Shown here: positions 55,437 through 63,891 of the stretch, one piece after another
How the letters are laid out: every line of letters starts with the position of its first letter
Position numbering within the stretch: position 1 is the stretch's first letter
Source: a virus
DNA length: 64,000 bases
Reading direction: 5' to 3' (one strand)
IMG/VR virus record: IMGVR_UViG_3300036827_000193
Coordinates: 17,388 to 81,387 of that record
The notes under the pieces: generated by a model
Databases searched by the model: none
Seen by the model: only the letters and a program-made list of their open reading frames with translations
Told to the model about the DNA's origin: nothing
Position numbers and translations under genes: made by a program

Positions 55437-55942
55437 TCCAGCTTCAGCCTAATCCGCAGCGCTTGTTCCGAAACCTCTAGCAAGCGGGCCAGGTCTTTAA
55501 CGTCGCGCGGATTGGCAAAATCTAATTGTCGCTCTTCCTGCAAGCGCTGAATTAACGCAGATGGCATCAATACGATCGCCGCAAAACGATTTGCTTGCGT
55601 CTCGTGTTCCAGCAGAATTTTTGGATTCTTATAGCGGCCACCAACGTCCGTAGTCTTGTATGCGGGGTCATCAACAATGCCGTCGCCGATTAGCTCACGA
55701 TGATAAACATAGTGACCAAGCTCATGTGCAGCGGTAAATCTCCGCCGGACCAGCCCTTGGCTTGCGTTGACGACGATCCGATATCCATCACCATATTTCT
55801 CGATCAATCCAGAAATGGCCGCAGGCCGCAATTCCTCGGCATATTCGATGCCCAGGTCGCGGATGATACCCTGTATGTTGACCGGCGGACCTTTCGCCCA
55901 ATACCGCTCGGCAACGTCAAAAGCATTTGATGCGTCTGCCAT
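55433..55942 (-). CDS. IS passenger: ImmA/IrrE-family metallopeptidase
   Basis: RRRFTAAHELGH, ETQANRFAA.VLMP, VSEQALRIRL. Confidence 0.9.
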   Translation of the reverse strand: MADASNAFDVAERYWAKGPPVNIQGIIRDLGIEYAEELRPAAISGLIEKYGDGYRIVVNASQGLVRRRFTAAHELGHYVYHRELIGDGIVDDPAYKTTDVGGRYKNPKILLEHETQANRFAAIVLMPSALIQRLQEERQLDFANPRDVKDLARLLEVSEQALRIRLKLD

Positions 55943-56334
55943 TAGCGGTCGTCCTTACCGATTTCACGCGCTATCTGATTGGCTTCCGGCCCCGGAATTT
56001 CGCTGCCAAACCTAAGGGCCTTTTCCACCAAGCCAGGTACAACCTCATCAATTTTATCTGCGGCGGTTTGCGTTGCGGCAGCCGCCGCGATCTTTTTCAT
56101 TTCGTCTCGCAATAGACCAAAACCATAAATCGCAGCGAATGCCGCGGCGACCGCGCCGACCGCAATCATGACAGCCACGGCTGTCAGCAGGATCGAGACG
56201 TAGTCTTTGTATTCGATGACGACGTGTTCGCCGGATGATCTGCCGCCCGATAAGACAAAGGCAGCCATCAAAGCCGCAGCGATGACAAAGCACCATCCGA
56301 CGACTTGGAGGGCGCGAAGAAACATCGTCATCAC
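55942..56334 (-). CDS. IS passenger: two-TM membrane protein
   Basis: Two hydrophobic segments; coupled to the ImmA-like gene. Confidence 0.7.
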   Translation of the reverse strand: MMTMFLRALQVVGWCFVIAAALMAAFVLSGGRSSGEHVVIEYKDYVSILLTAVAVMIAVGAVAAAFAAIYGFGLLRDEMKKIAAAAATQTAADKIDEVVPGLVEKALRFGSEIPGPEANQIAREIGKDDR

Positions 56335-56784
56335 ACTGGCCGCGTCACACTACCCATATAATGACACGAATCTTGATTCGCTACTATCCCTTGAGTCACG
56401 CATCGGCGAGCGCCCGCCCATCCCGCGACGGACCGCCGCGCCGAATGTCCCAATTCGCGAGTTGGAGGTGCTGGACGATGTTGAACGCGATCTGCTGGCG
56501 CTCAGCCTCGAACAGCGGCCGGAGCTTGCGCCCGATCTTGAAATTGAGCGCGAAGTGGATGTCCCATTGGACTTCCTTGGCAACGTCGTCGGGCCATTTG
56601 GGCATGGCCCAATGTAGAACGGACCATGAACATTGCAAGCCGCTAGAGATAGCGTCATCGCTCAGAAACCCCCGCTAACGCTGGGTTTCCGGCGTTTGCG
56701 CCAGAATACCGGGCTATCTCAGTACCCAGCATTTTGGCCACTTTGGCCTTGGGCGCCCATGCGCGGCCCGAAGCGTTTTAGCTT

Positions 56785-57207
56785 TTAGTTTTGCGGAATG
56801 TTCAACTGGTTGCCCGGCTCGACGCGCTTGAAATAGTCGCTGAGCTCCGGCGTCGAGAACATGTTTGTCGCGCCCGGTGTGAACGACCACGAACCGTTGT
56901 CGGCCTTGCCCCACTGGCCACCCTGCATCCCGTCAACGCCGCTATATTGGCTCTGATCCGAGAAGGTCGGGTGGTTGGGCTTCTTGAACTGGTCGGTCAG
57001 ATGGCCATCACCGAGCGAGACGCCAGGATTTGCCAGCCACCAACCGCGAAGATCGTAGTCATAGGCATCGGCACCCACATTGCGTCCGGTCGCCTGCGAC
57101 TGCTCATTGACCCATTGCTGGTAGGCCGCCTCGCCCTGGGGCGCGAGCTGAGTGTTGTATTTTCCCGTGAAGTCGAGCGTGTCGGGCTCGTTGTCGCCAG
57201 TTGGCAT
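56785..57207 (-). CDS. Stand-alone domain of the kind seen in podoviral internal virion proteins
   Basis: DYDLRGWW..GHLTDQFKKPNHPTFSDQSQY..GGQW. Confidence 0.75.
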   Translation of the reverse strand: MPTGDNEPDTLDFTGKYNTQLAPQGEAAYQQWVNEQSQATGRNVGADAYDYDLRGWWLANPGVSLGDGHLTDQFKKPNHPTFSDQSQYSGVDGMQGGQWGKADNGSWSFTPGATNMFSTPELSDYFKRVEPGNQLNIPQN

Positions 57208-57964
57208 GGGCCATGTGATCCAGTGTGTGCGCGCCTTTGAACTCGTCGCACCAGCGATCGGGACGCACGAGCCCCTCGACCTTCTGGCACGGGCTCAGCG
57301 CGGTGCGATCCGCCGACAGCCAGCGTGCACAGCGCTGGCACTGGTCGTCACCGCTCGACTTGCCGTAATCGACCGATTCCTTCGCCGCCTTGAACGCATC
57401 GTCGACATCGAGCTTGCGTAGCGCCTTGAGGATGCGCGCGGTGCTGGCGTCGCCGTCGTCGAGCATCGGTGCGCAGGCAAGGTCGCGCGGCACGCTCTTG
57501 AGTGGCTTTGCCTCGCACCAGGCGATGATGGCCTTGAGGCCACGCTCGTAGCGCGCCGGTGTGCCGCCTTTCTGGCGGACCTTGTCGTGCTCGCCCGCGG
57601 TCGCGAACTCGTGCGCGGCAGCGTAGTCGTCGATTGGATTGTCGGCGTCGAGCAGCACCTTCTCGATCGCCTCGTGCCACAGCACGCATTCCAGCGTGTC
57701 GTCGGGCGTGAGGCCGGTGATGATCGGCTTGCCGATGATCTGCTCGGCGTAGGCGGGGTCGTACAGCGCGCGCACGAAGTCGCGATCGGCGTAGCGCGTG
57801 GTGCCCTCGACGTTGTAGCCGGCGAGGTAGGCCATGTCGTGATCGAGGTCGAGCTTCGACCAGCGCCGCATCAGCACCGGCGCGTCGCCGGTTTTCAGCA
57901 TGCGATTGAGCTCGCGGGTGTGCGCGAGCATGTTGGGCCTGGCGTGGTGATGCCCGGTGCTCAT
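57104..57964 (-). CDS. Hypothetical protein: HExxE metallopeptidase-like domain plus C-terminal HiPIP-like 4-Cys module
   Basis: YLAGY, LWHEAIEK, AHEFATAGE; VDY..CQRC..CQKVEGLVRPDRWCDEF. Confidence 0.7.
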   Translation of the reverse strand: MSTGHHHARPNMLAHTRELNRMLKTGDAPVLMRRWSKLDLDHDMAYLAGYNVEGTTRYADRDFVRALYDPAYAEQIIGKPIITGLTPDDTLECVLWHEAIEKVLLDADNPIDDYAAAHEFATAGEHDKVRQKGGTPARYERGLKAIIAWCEAKPLKSVPRDLACAPMLDDGDASTARILKALRKLDVDDAFKAAKESVDYGKSSGDDQCQRCARWLSADRTALSPCQKVEGLVRPDRWCDEFKGAHTLDHMAHANWRQRARHARLHGKIQHSARAPGRGGLPAMGQ

Positions 57965-58152
57965 GGTGTCTCGCCGAGGAACGAATTCGCCGCCTCGGCC
58001 CGGCGCGCGGGGCTTCGCAACCACGCCGTTCTCGGCGAGCGAGCGCTGACTGCGCAAAGTTGGTGCCGGTTTTTACCGCGCTCCGTTGCCCTAACCCGTT
58101 GCGCGGCCAGCCCTGAGGCTGGAGGCTGCGGGCGGAGCGCGACCGGCAAACT

Positions 58153-58228
58153 TGGAAGCGGGGGTAGGAATCGAACCTACGACCTTGTGGTTATGAGCCA
58201 CACGAGCTGACCGCTGCTCCACCCCGCA
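58153..58228 (-). tRNA. tRNA-Met(CAT), initiator-like, CCA encoded
   Basis: 76-nt cloverleaf tgcggggtggagcagcggtcagctcgtgtggctcataaccacaaggtcgtaggttcgattcctacccccgcttcca; 1:72 mismatch. Confidence 0.93.
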
Positions 58229-58550
58229 CACAAACCTTATCGAGCCAGCACTCGAAACGGCCGAACCATCCTGGCCGCCGCGGCTGCGGAATGTAGACAA
58301 CCCGCTCCACGATCTGCCGCTTCACGATCTCTCTCGGCGGCATCGGCTTGTAGACCTTGCGCTCGACGTATCGGATGATCTGATCGGATCGGCGCTCGTA
58401 AATGGCAGGCAGTTCGGCCTCAAGGTCAAGTCGCCGCCGCCGCTCTTCCGCGGCCCGCTTCAACGCTGTGTGATATTGGCGAGACAACCAGCGTTGTTCG
58501 CGAATAGCCTCAGCAAGCCGGCGCCGCAGATCAGTCGGTGTGTGCTTCAC
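58191..58550 (-). CDS. Hypothetical coiled-coil protein (3' end overlaps the tRNA)
   Basis: Coupled to the upstream stop; basic helical sequence. Confidence 0.45.
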   Translation of the reverse strand: MKHTPTDLRRRLAEAIREQRWLSRQYHTALKRAAEERRRRLDLEAELPAIYERRSDQIIRYVERKVYKPMPPREIVKRQIVERVVYIPQPRRPGWFGRFECWLDKVCVRGGAAVSSCGS

Positions 58551-58813
58551 GGCGCGATGATCTCGATCTTGTTCTCAAGCCAGACGCTGAGAAGCTCGTT
58601 CAGCCGCGCCACCTTTTTCTCGAACCGGGCGCGCTCGTGCGCGATGTATTCAGTGGCCTTGACAGGATTTGGCGGATAGCGATGAGCGTTCATATCCGCA
58701 ATCTCGTCGCTGACGGCCTTCATCGCGACTGGGATCAATACGTTGACCTCGGCAAGCGTCAAACCGCTTTGGGCGACGGCCAGAGCCTCGTTGAAGGGCT
58801 TCACTTTCATCAT
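58547..58813 (-). CDS. Hypothetical protein
   Basis: Start MMKVKPFNE with GGAG SD, coupled. Confidence 0.55.
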   Translation of the reverse strand: MMKVKPFNEALAVAQSGLTLAEVNVLIPVAMKAVSDEIADMNAHRYPPNPVKATEYIAHERARFEKKVARLNELLSVWLENKIEIIAP

Positions 58814-59094
58814 TCGGCGCGCTTCTCCAACTCCGCCTTCCTCGCCTTCCAGGCATTGAGGTAGGGCGTCAGCAGATCGCGATCCCAGAACGTGCGGGTC
58901 TGCCCGTTCTTGAGTACGATCTTGCCGCCTTCGCGGCCGTCCATCGTCGGTCCCCACGCGAGGCTCGCAATGGTTGGATCCCAGAGCTGGCCCTGCACGT
59001 GCGTGAGGTCGACGTGCATGCCGTGACGCTCCACCACCATGAACGGCAACGGCGGATCGTGGTCGCCGGCGGTGATGGTGAGGGTGAGCGGCAT
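58810..59094 (-). CDS. Hypothetical protein
   Basis: Start MPLTLTITAGD; protein-like. Confidence 0.6.
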   Translation of the reverse strand: MPLTLTITAGDHDPPLPFMVVERHGMHVDLTHVQGQLWDPTIASLAWGPTMDGREGGKIVLKNGQTRTFWDRDLLTPYLNAWKARKAELEKRAE

Positions 59095-59096
59095 GG

Positions 59097-59399
59097 TTAG
59101 GCCTTGATGCGCGTCGAGACCGGCCATCGCTTGTCCTGATCGTGTGACCAGGCCGCGCTGAGCCGCTCCACCTCGAATGTGCCGGACACCGTTTCACAAT
59201 CGGCAAACACCAGCAGCATCGCCGCCGGTGTCACGTTCTGCGGTACGGCGGGCAAGCTGGGGTGCTCAACACCGAGTAGAAGGAGGCCGTATTCATCGGC
59301 CCGACAACCGAGGATGCGAGAGCCTGTCGGCAAGCCGAGCAGTTCGCTGAGAAGTTCTGGCGTGAGGTGGACCACGCCGACGTGCCGGTCCTCGTTCAT
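59097..59399 (-). CDS. Hypothetical protein
   Basis: TPELLSELLGLP..VEHPSLP. Confidence 0.55.
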   Translation of the reverse strand: MNEDRHVGVVHLTPELLSELLGLPTGSRILGCRADEYGLLLLGVEHPSLPAVPQNVTPAAMLLVFADCETVSGTFEVERLSAAWSHDQDKRWPVSTRIKA

Positions 59400-59414
59400 C
59401 CTGGGCCTGTGAGG

Positions 59415-60200
59415 TTACTGCGATGCGGGCGGCGTCGCCGGTCCTGCAGCGGGTGCAGCCGGTGCGGTTGCCGCGACAGGCTCGGCGGGGCTCGAAGGCG
59501 CGGGCGCGGGCGCGGGTGCTAGTGCACTCGGCGCCGTCGAGTGCACCTGTGGCGCGGCCGGTGCCGCAGGTGTCACCTCGGCCGGAGCCGCAGGAGCTTG
59601 CGGCGCCGCCGGCGGAACGACCGGCGCAGGTGCTGGCGCAGGTGCCGGCGCGGCCGCGGCCGCGGGTGCGAACGGCGCTGCGGCCGGCGCGACTGGCGCC
59701 GATTCAACCGGTGCCGGGGTCGGTGCTGCCGGTTGCGCGACCGGTGGCAACACAACCGGAGCAACCGGCGTAGGCGCGGGTGCCGGCGCGGCCGCGGGCG
59801 CCGGCTCGTCGTCCGGAAGCGCCTCGACCAGCGTCGCGATCTCGTTGAGGCGGCGCATCAGCGTCGACTTCGAAGGCTTGGCGGGGTGGGCCCGGGCGAA
59901 CTCGTTGCGGATGCCGGTAACGAGCGTCTCGATCAGGGAATGGGACATGGGCTCTCCGTTGATGTGTTCGCCGTAGGGGTCGTCGGCCCCGGCGAGTTTG
60001 GGTCCGTCCTCGGGCTCGGCGAGCTTGGGGCGGCGCAGCACGTGGACCTGACCGGCGCGCCAGCGCAGTTCGATGACCTGGTCCGGCAGCACCACCACCG
60101 CGTCGGTCCAGGCGCTGGAGGCGATCTTGATCTTGCCGTCCTTGGAGGCCTCGACCGCGAGCGTGGTCTTGTCGGTTTTCAGGAGCGTGTCTGGTCTCAT
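59415..60200 (-). CDS. Pro/Ala-rich protein (possible internal start near 59949)
   Basis: Long PA-rich tail; GGAG before MSHSLIE. Confidence 0.65.
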   Translation of the reverse strand: MRPDTLLKTDKTTLAVEASKDGKIKIASSAWTDAVVVLPDQVIELRWRAGQVHVLRRPKLAEPEDGPKLAGADDPYGEHINGEPMSHSLIETLVTGIRNEFARAHPAKPSKSTLMRRLNEIATLVEALPDDEPAPAAAPAPAPTPVAPVVLPPVAQPAAPTPAPVESAPVAPAAAPFAPAAAAAPAPAPAPAPVVPPAAPQAPAAPAEVTPAAPAAPQVHSTAPSALAPAPAPAPSSPAEPVAATAPAAPAAGPATPPASQ

Positions 60201-60209
60201 AAGTCCCCC

Positions 60210-60515
60210 CTACCCCACGAAAACCGAAAATCCTGGCCGTGGCCGGCGCTCCTGCACCAGGACGCGGCGGCCTTTGATGGTGCGCGTGGTGGTGACCTGG
60301 CGGCCCCGGGCGCGCTCGACCTCGAGCTGTGCTCGCGCCGGCTCGCGCTCTTGCGCCGACCTCGGCCCCAGCCGATCGGCCTGCGTGACGATCTCGAAGG
60401 CGATCTCGGAGCGCTCCTCGTGGAAGCGTTCCGGGTCCGAGGACAATGGCGGCGACAGCCGGCGCACGCGGCTCGCCAACGCGCGCAATTGTGCTGCGAC
60501 GTCGGCCGTGCTCAT
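60210..60515 (-). CDS. Hypothetical protein starting at the IS boundary
   Basis: MSTADVAAQLRALASRVRRL..DPERFHEERSEIA. Confidence 0.6.
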   Translation of the reverse strand: MSTADVAAQLRALASRVRRLSPPLSSDPERFHEERSEIAFEIVTQADRLGPRSAQEREPARAQLEVERARGRQVTTTRTIKGRRVLVQERRPRPGFSVFVG

Positions 60516-60581
60516 CCCAATTATATCGTTGACATCACAAGCCCGATATGTTGTATTGGGCCGGTGATGAGGGGTTGGCTT

Positions 60582-60788
60582 ATGGCGGACGGCATCAAGC
60601 AAATTCCTTGGGTGACCGTGACGATGTCGGAGACGGTGACGCGGGAGGATGGTTCCAGCGCACTTTGTCTCCACACCAATGAAGCTGGTCCAGTGGCGTT
60701 TGCGGTAGATCAGCGAGCCATCGACGCCATTCGCGGGCATCTCGACAAAATAGAATTGGGGCTCCGTCAGCCGAGCGGACGGGCGTAG
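60582..60788 (+). CDS. IS passenger: small hypothetical protein
   Basis: MADGIKQIPW..; GAGGGG upstream. Confidence 0.55.
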   Translation: MADGIKQIPWVTVTMSETVTREDGSSALCLHTNEAGPVAFAVDQRAIDAIRGHLDKIELGLRQPSGRA

Positions 60789-60799
60789 GAGAGTTGGTC

Positions 60800-61762
60800 A
60801 TGGATACGTTCTCAGAAGCCAGGTTCACCGACGAAAACGCGGCGCGCGACTATCTCGAATCGCTGCGCTGGCCCGACGGCCCGGTGTGCCCGCACTGCGG
60901 CGTGGTCAATCACGCCTATGCGATCAAGCCAGAGGGCACCTACCGCTGTGCTGAAGCGGCGTGCCGCAGCAATTTCACTGTCACCATGAACTCGCCGATG
61001 GAGAGGTCGCACATCGCATTGCACAAATGGGTGCAGGCGTTCCATCTGCTGTGCTCGTCGAAAAAAGGCATGTCGTCCCATCAGCTTCACCGCACCCTCG
61101 GCATCACCTATCGGTCGGCTTGGTTCATGGCGCACCGCATTCGCGAGTGCATGCGCGACGGCGGCCTTACGCCGCTCGGTGGCAACGGCAAAATCGTCGA
61201 GGCCGACGAAACCTACCACGGCCCCGTCGAGACACCGCGCCCGCGCAACAAATATTCACCGCCGCCCACGAAGGGCGGCAAGGTTGGCCCCGGCCAGAAG
61301 CGCGCGATCGTGGCGCTGGTCGAACGCGGCGGCCGTGTCCGAACGTTTCATCCCGGCACGGCAGATGGTGCGACGGTTTCAGAAATCGTGCGCGACAACA
61401 TCGCCCGCGAGTCGCGACTGCACACCGACGAAAGCCGCCTCTACATCAAGGTCGGCGCGGAGTTCGCGGCCCATGAAACCGTGACGCATTCCGCCAAGGA
61501 ATACGTGCGGTATGCCAAAGCGAAGGACGGCACGGAGTACGCCATCCACACCAACACGCTGGAAGGCTACTTCTCAATCTTCAAACGCGGGATGCGCGGC
61601 AACTACCAGCACTGCAAAGAGAAGCATTTGCATCGTTATCTCGCGGAATTCGATTTCCGCTACAATCATCGCGTCCGGCTCGGCTACAACGATGGCGAAC
61701 GTGCGGCACTTGCTGTCAAGAATGCGACTGGCAAGCGTCTCACGTATCGTCAGCCTCACTAG
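60800..61762 (+). CDS. IS1595-family transposase
   Basis: RWPDGPVCPHCG..YRC..C; VEADETY, HTDE, TNTLEGYFS, HLHRYLAEFDFRYN; AGGAG SD. Confidence 0.95.
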   Translation: MDTFSEARFTDENAARDYLESLRWPDGPVCPHCGVVNHAYAIKPEGTYRCAEAACRSNFTVTMNSPMERSHIALHKWVQAFHLLCSSKKGMSSHQLHRTLGITYRSAWFMAHRIRECMRDGGLTPLGGNGKIVEADETYHGPVETPRPRNKYSPPPTKGGKVGPGQKRAIVALVERGGRVRTFHPGTADGATVSEIVRDNIARESRLHTDESRLYIKVGAEFAAHETVTHSAKEYVRYAKAKDGTEYAIHTNTLEGYFSIFKRGMRGNYQHCKEKHLHRYLAEFDFRYNHRVRLGYNDGERAALAVKNATGKRLTYRQPH

Positions 61763-61874
61763 AGCCGATTATTCAAAACCAGCAGGCAGGTTCATGCGCT
61801 GGCGCAGGAAGAACTGGAAGCCTCGCAAGCCGAAGCGCGTGCGCTATTGGCAGTCGCGGAAGCCGGTCTAATCT

Positions 61875-62081
61875 TTATTGCTCGTCCGTCGCATCATCTG
61901 CTGGCACATCGCCTCCCATCGCCAAAAACTTGTCGAAGTTGGGGGCCGGCGCGATTGCGCGCTGTGGGGAGAGACCGCGCTCTCCCGGGCGCGCCATGGG
62001 CGAATCGCGCGATGTTTTCCGCATGTATTTTTCTTCGGCAGCGGAAAACTCACTTCGCCCCGGCATCGGGTAATCGGCCAT
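61875..62081 (-). CDS. IS passenger paralogous to phage gene 50994-51200
   Basis: MADYPMPGRSEFSAAEEKYMR..ATDEQ; GGGAG SD. Confidence 0.65.
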   Translation of the reverse strand: MADYPMPGRSEFSAAEEKYMRKTSRDSPMARPGERGLSPQRAIAPAPNFDKFLAMGGDVPADDATDEQ

Positions 62082-62117
62082 GATCTTGTCTCCCGACAGG
62101 TAAAGCCATAGCCTTCG

Positions 62118-63110
62118 ATGGGGCTGAGGCTTTCGATGCCTGACATCAACGTCAAATCATATCTCGATCAGCTTCGACAGGCGCTCCCTCACGTGCCTCC
62201 GATTCCTGTGCGGGCGTTAAAGTCGCTGCACAAGGTGCGAGACTATGAAGGAATGGTGCGGCTGATTAGAAGCACCATGAATATCGAGGTGCGCCTGATT
62301 GTCGGCTGGGTGAACAGTGGCGCCCACAGTGGAATGGAACGCGCGCCCGCGTGGGTCCAAACCCCGGTTCCGATGCCCTACTACGGAACCGCGGCCTTCA
62401 AGGCGACAACCATCAGAGTGTTCATTCGAAAGTCATTCCTTGAGCAAAGCACGTACGACAAAGCGGCGATCGCCATCGCTCACGAATTATCGCACGTTGT
62501 TTTGGATTCGATCCGGCATCCGCTGCGGCGAGAAGAAAAAGCGGTCGATCTGACGGCCATGCTACTTGGTTTCAGCCGCTTATACGTATCGGCCTCTCAC
62601 ACAGAGGAGCGCCACGGAAACACCGTAACACGGCGCCAACTCGGCTATTTGAGCCCGCCCGAATTGCTCGCTGCAAGTCGAATCCTCATTCCGGCTCGGT
62701 GGCGCGCGGCGCGCCTCGCTGGGCAAATAGCAAAGCAATACATCGCCCTCTTCATTGTCGGTGGAATTGTTCTTGCGGTGGCGGGGTGGACAGCGATCTA
62801 CAGCAAATGGAAATTGCACCAGACGTTGCTGACAGAACAGATTGAAGTGCAGAGGCAGCTACCAAAGAGGCTCAACGAAAATACAACTATCGTCAGTACG
62901 CGCGTTGGAATCGCGTCCTTGACACGCATCTTGCGGGTGACGATGCCTCCTGAGAAAAAGGTAGACCTGTCAGCGTTCGAAAAAAATCTGCGTAAAGGTG
63001 TGTGTGCCGACAGACGAAAGAACATCATGGACGGCATATCATACGATTATGAGTACCGCGACGCCTCAGATAAACTGATCGCCAGATATGAAATTGCCTC
63101 CTGTCCCTAG
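62118..63110 (+). CDS. IS passenger: HExxH metallopeptidase-like membrane protein
   Basis: IAIAHELSH..EEKAVD..MLLGF..GYLS; one TM segment; C-terminal domain with two Cys. Confidence 0.8.
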   Translation: MGLRLSMPDINVKSYLDQLRQALPHVPPIPVRALKSLHKVRDYEGMVRLIRSTMNIEVRLIVGWVNSGAHSGMERAPAWVQTPVPMPYYGTAAFKATTIRVFIRKSFLEQSTYDKAAIAIAHELSHVVLDSIRHPLRREEKAVDLTAMLLGFSRLYVSASHTEERHGNTVTRRQLGYLSPPELLAASRILIPARWRAARLAGQIAKQYIALFIVGGIVLAVAGWTAIYSKWKLHQTLLTEQIEVQRQLPKRLNENTTIVSTRVGIASLTRILRVTMPPEKKVDLSAFEKNLRKGVCADRRKNIMDGISYDYEYRDASDKLIARYEIASCP

Positions 63111-63277
63111 TCCTTTGCCTTCTTTCTCCGGCCGGGACTCTTGCCCGCTTTCCCTCTAGGTTTGCCGAGTCGCATTTCGGATTGTGGCTTGGGTGGCTTG
63201 CTGAACGCGGCGTGCAACGCCGCCTCGGTGCGGAGTAGCGTTTCGCGATCGCTGTATTTCTCTTTTTGATCATCCAT
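63107..63277 (-). CDS. IS passenger: small basic protein
   Basis: MDDQKEKYSDRET..AAFSKPPKPQSEM. Confidence 0.5.
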   Translation of the reverse strand: MDDQKEKYSDRETLLRTEAALHAAFSKPPKPQSEMRLGKPRGKAGKSPGRRKKAKD

Positions 63278-63288
63278 CGGAGTGGTCC

Positions 63289-63891
63289 ATGGCAAAAAAG
63301 AAGCCGCACGCACCCGAACAGATTAGCATGTTTACCGCAGAACTTGAAAAACAGACAGACCGCGGAGCAGCGATCATAGCCGCTGCCGTGCTGGAGGATT
63401 TGCTGGCCGCCGTCGTCCAACGCCGGTTGATCGAACTATCTGGCAAGCGGACCGAGGCTCTGTTTGGCAGAATGGCACCATTGTCGACCTTCTCGGCCAA
63501 GATCGAAATGGGTTTTGCCCTCGGCATCTACGGCGATGACGGGCGCATTCACCTCGATACTATTCGCGACGTGCGAAACAAGTTCGCTCACAAATTTGAA
63601 AGCCTGTCGTTTGAGCACCACGATATAGCAGCGCTCCTGAAAAAGCGCATCAAACCCAAACTTTTCAACCCGGATAACGTGCGGCTATCATTCATGGCCA
63701 CGTTCACGATCATGGCCGCGCTGCTCTACGCGGAGACTGCTTTTGACATCAGAATCAAGTCGGTGGCTGAAGAACACCCCGATCAATTCGCTGAATTATA
63801 TTTGACACTGCATGAGCTGGGGCAGCGCACGCAAGCAGCGCACCCGCCAAATCCAAACCAGCCAAACTCGGCAAGACCCACGCGCAAATAG
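63289..63891 (+). CDS. IS passenger: MtlR (mannitol repressor)-like helical protein
   Basis: TDRGAAIIAAAVLEDLL..LF..APLSTFSAKI..ALG..IRDVRNKFAH. Confidence 0.8.
   Translation: MAKKKPHAPEQISMFTAELEKQTDRGAAIIAAAVLEDLLAAVVQRRLIELSGKRTEALFGRMAPLSTFSAKIEMGFALGIYGDDGRIHLDTIRDVRNKFAHKFESLSFEHHDIAALLKKRIKPKLFNPDNVRLSFMATFTIMAALLYAETAFDIRIKSVAEEHPDQFAELYLTLHELGQRTQAAHPPNPNQPNSARPTRK

Larger units (their letters stand above)
53372..56711 (-). mobile_element. IS1595-family (ISNha5-like) cargo transposon, 3340 bp
   Basis: 25-bp TIRs cggtattagggcgcaaacgccggaa (53372-53396) and 56687-56711 (23/25 match); 8-bp target duplication ggctatct at 53364-53371 and 56712-56719. Confidence 0.93.

Noticed and set aside
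58153-58228. tRNA as prophage attachment site
   Set aside because: Phage-type genes continue on both sides; no integrase or duplicated 3' end in the window
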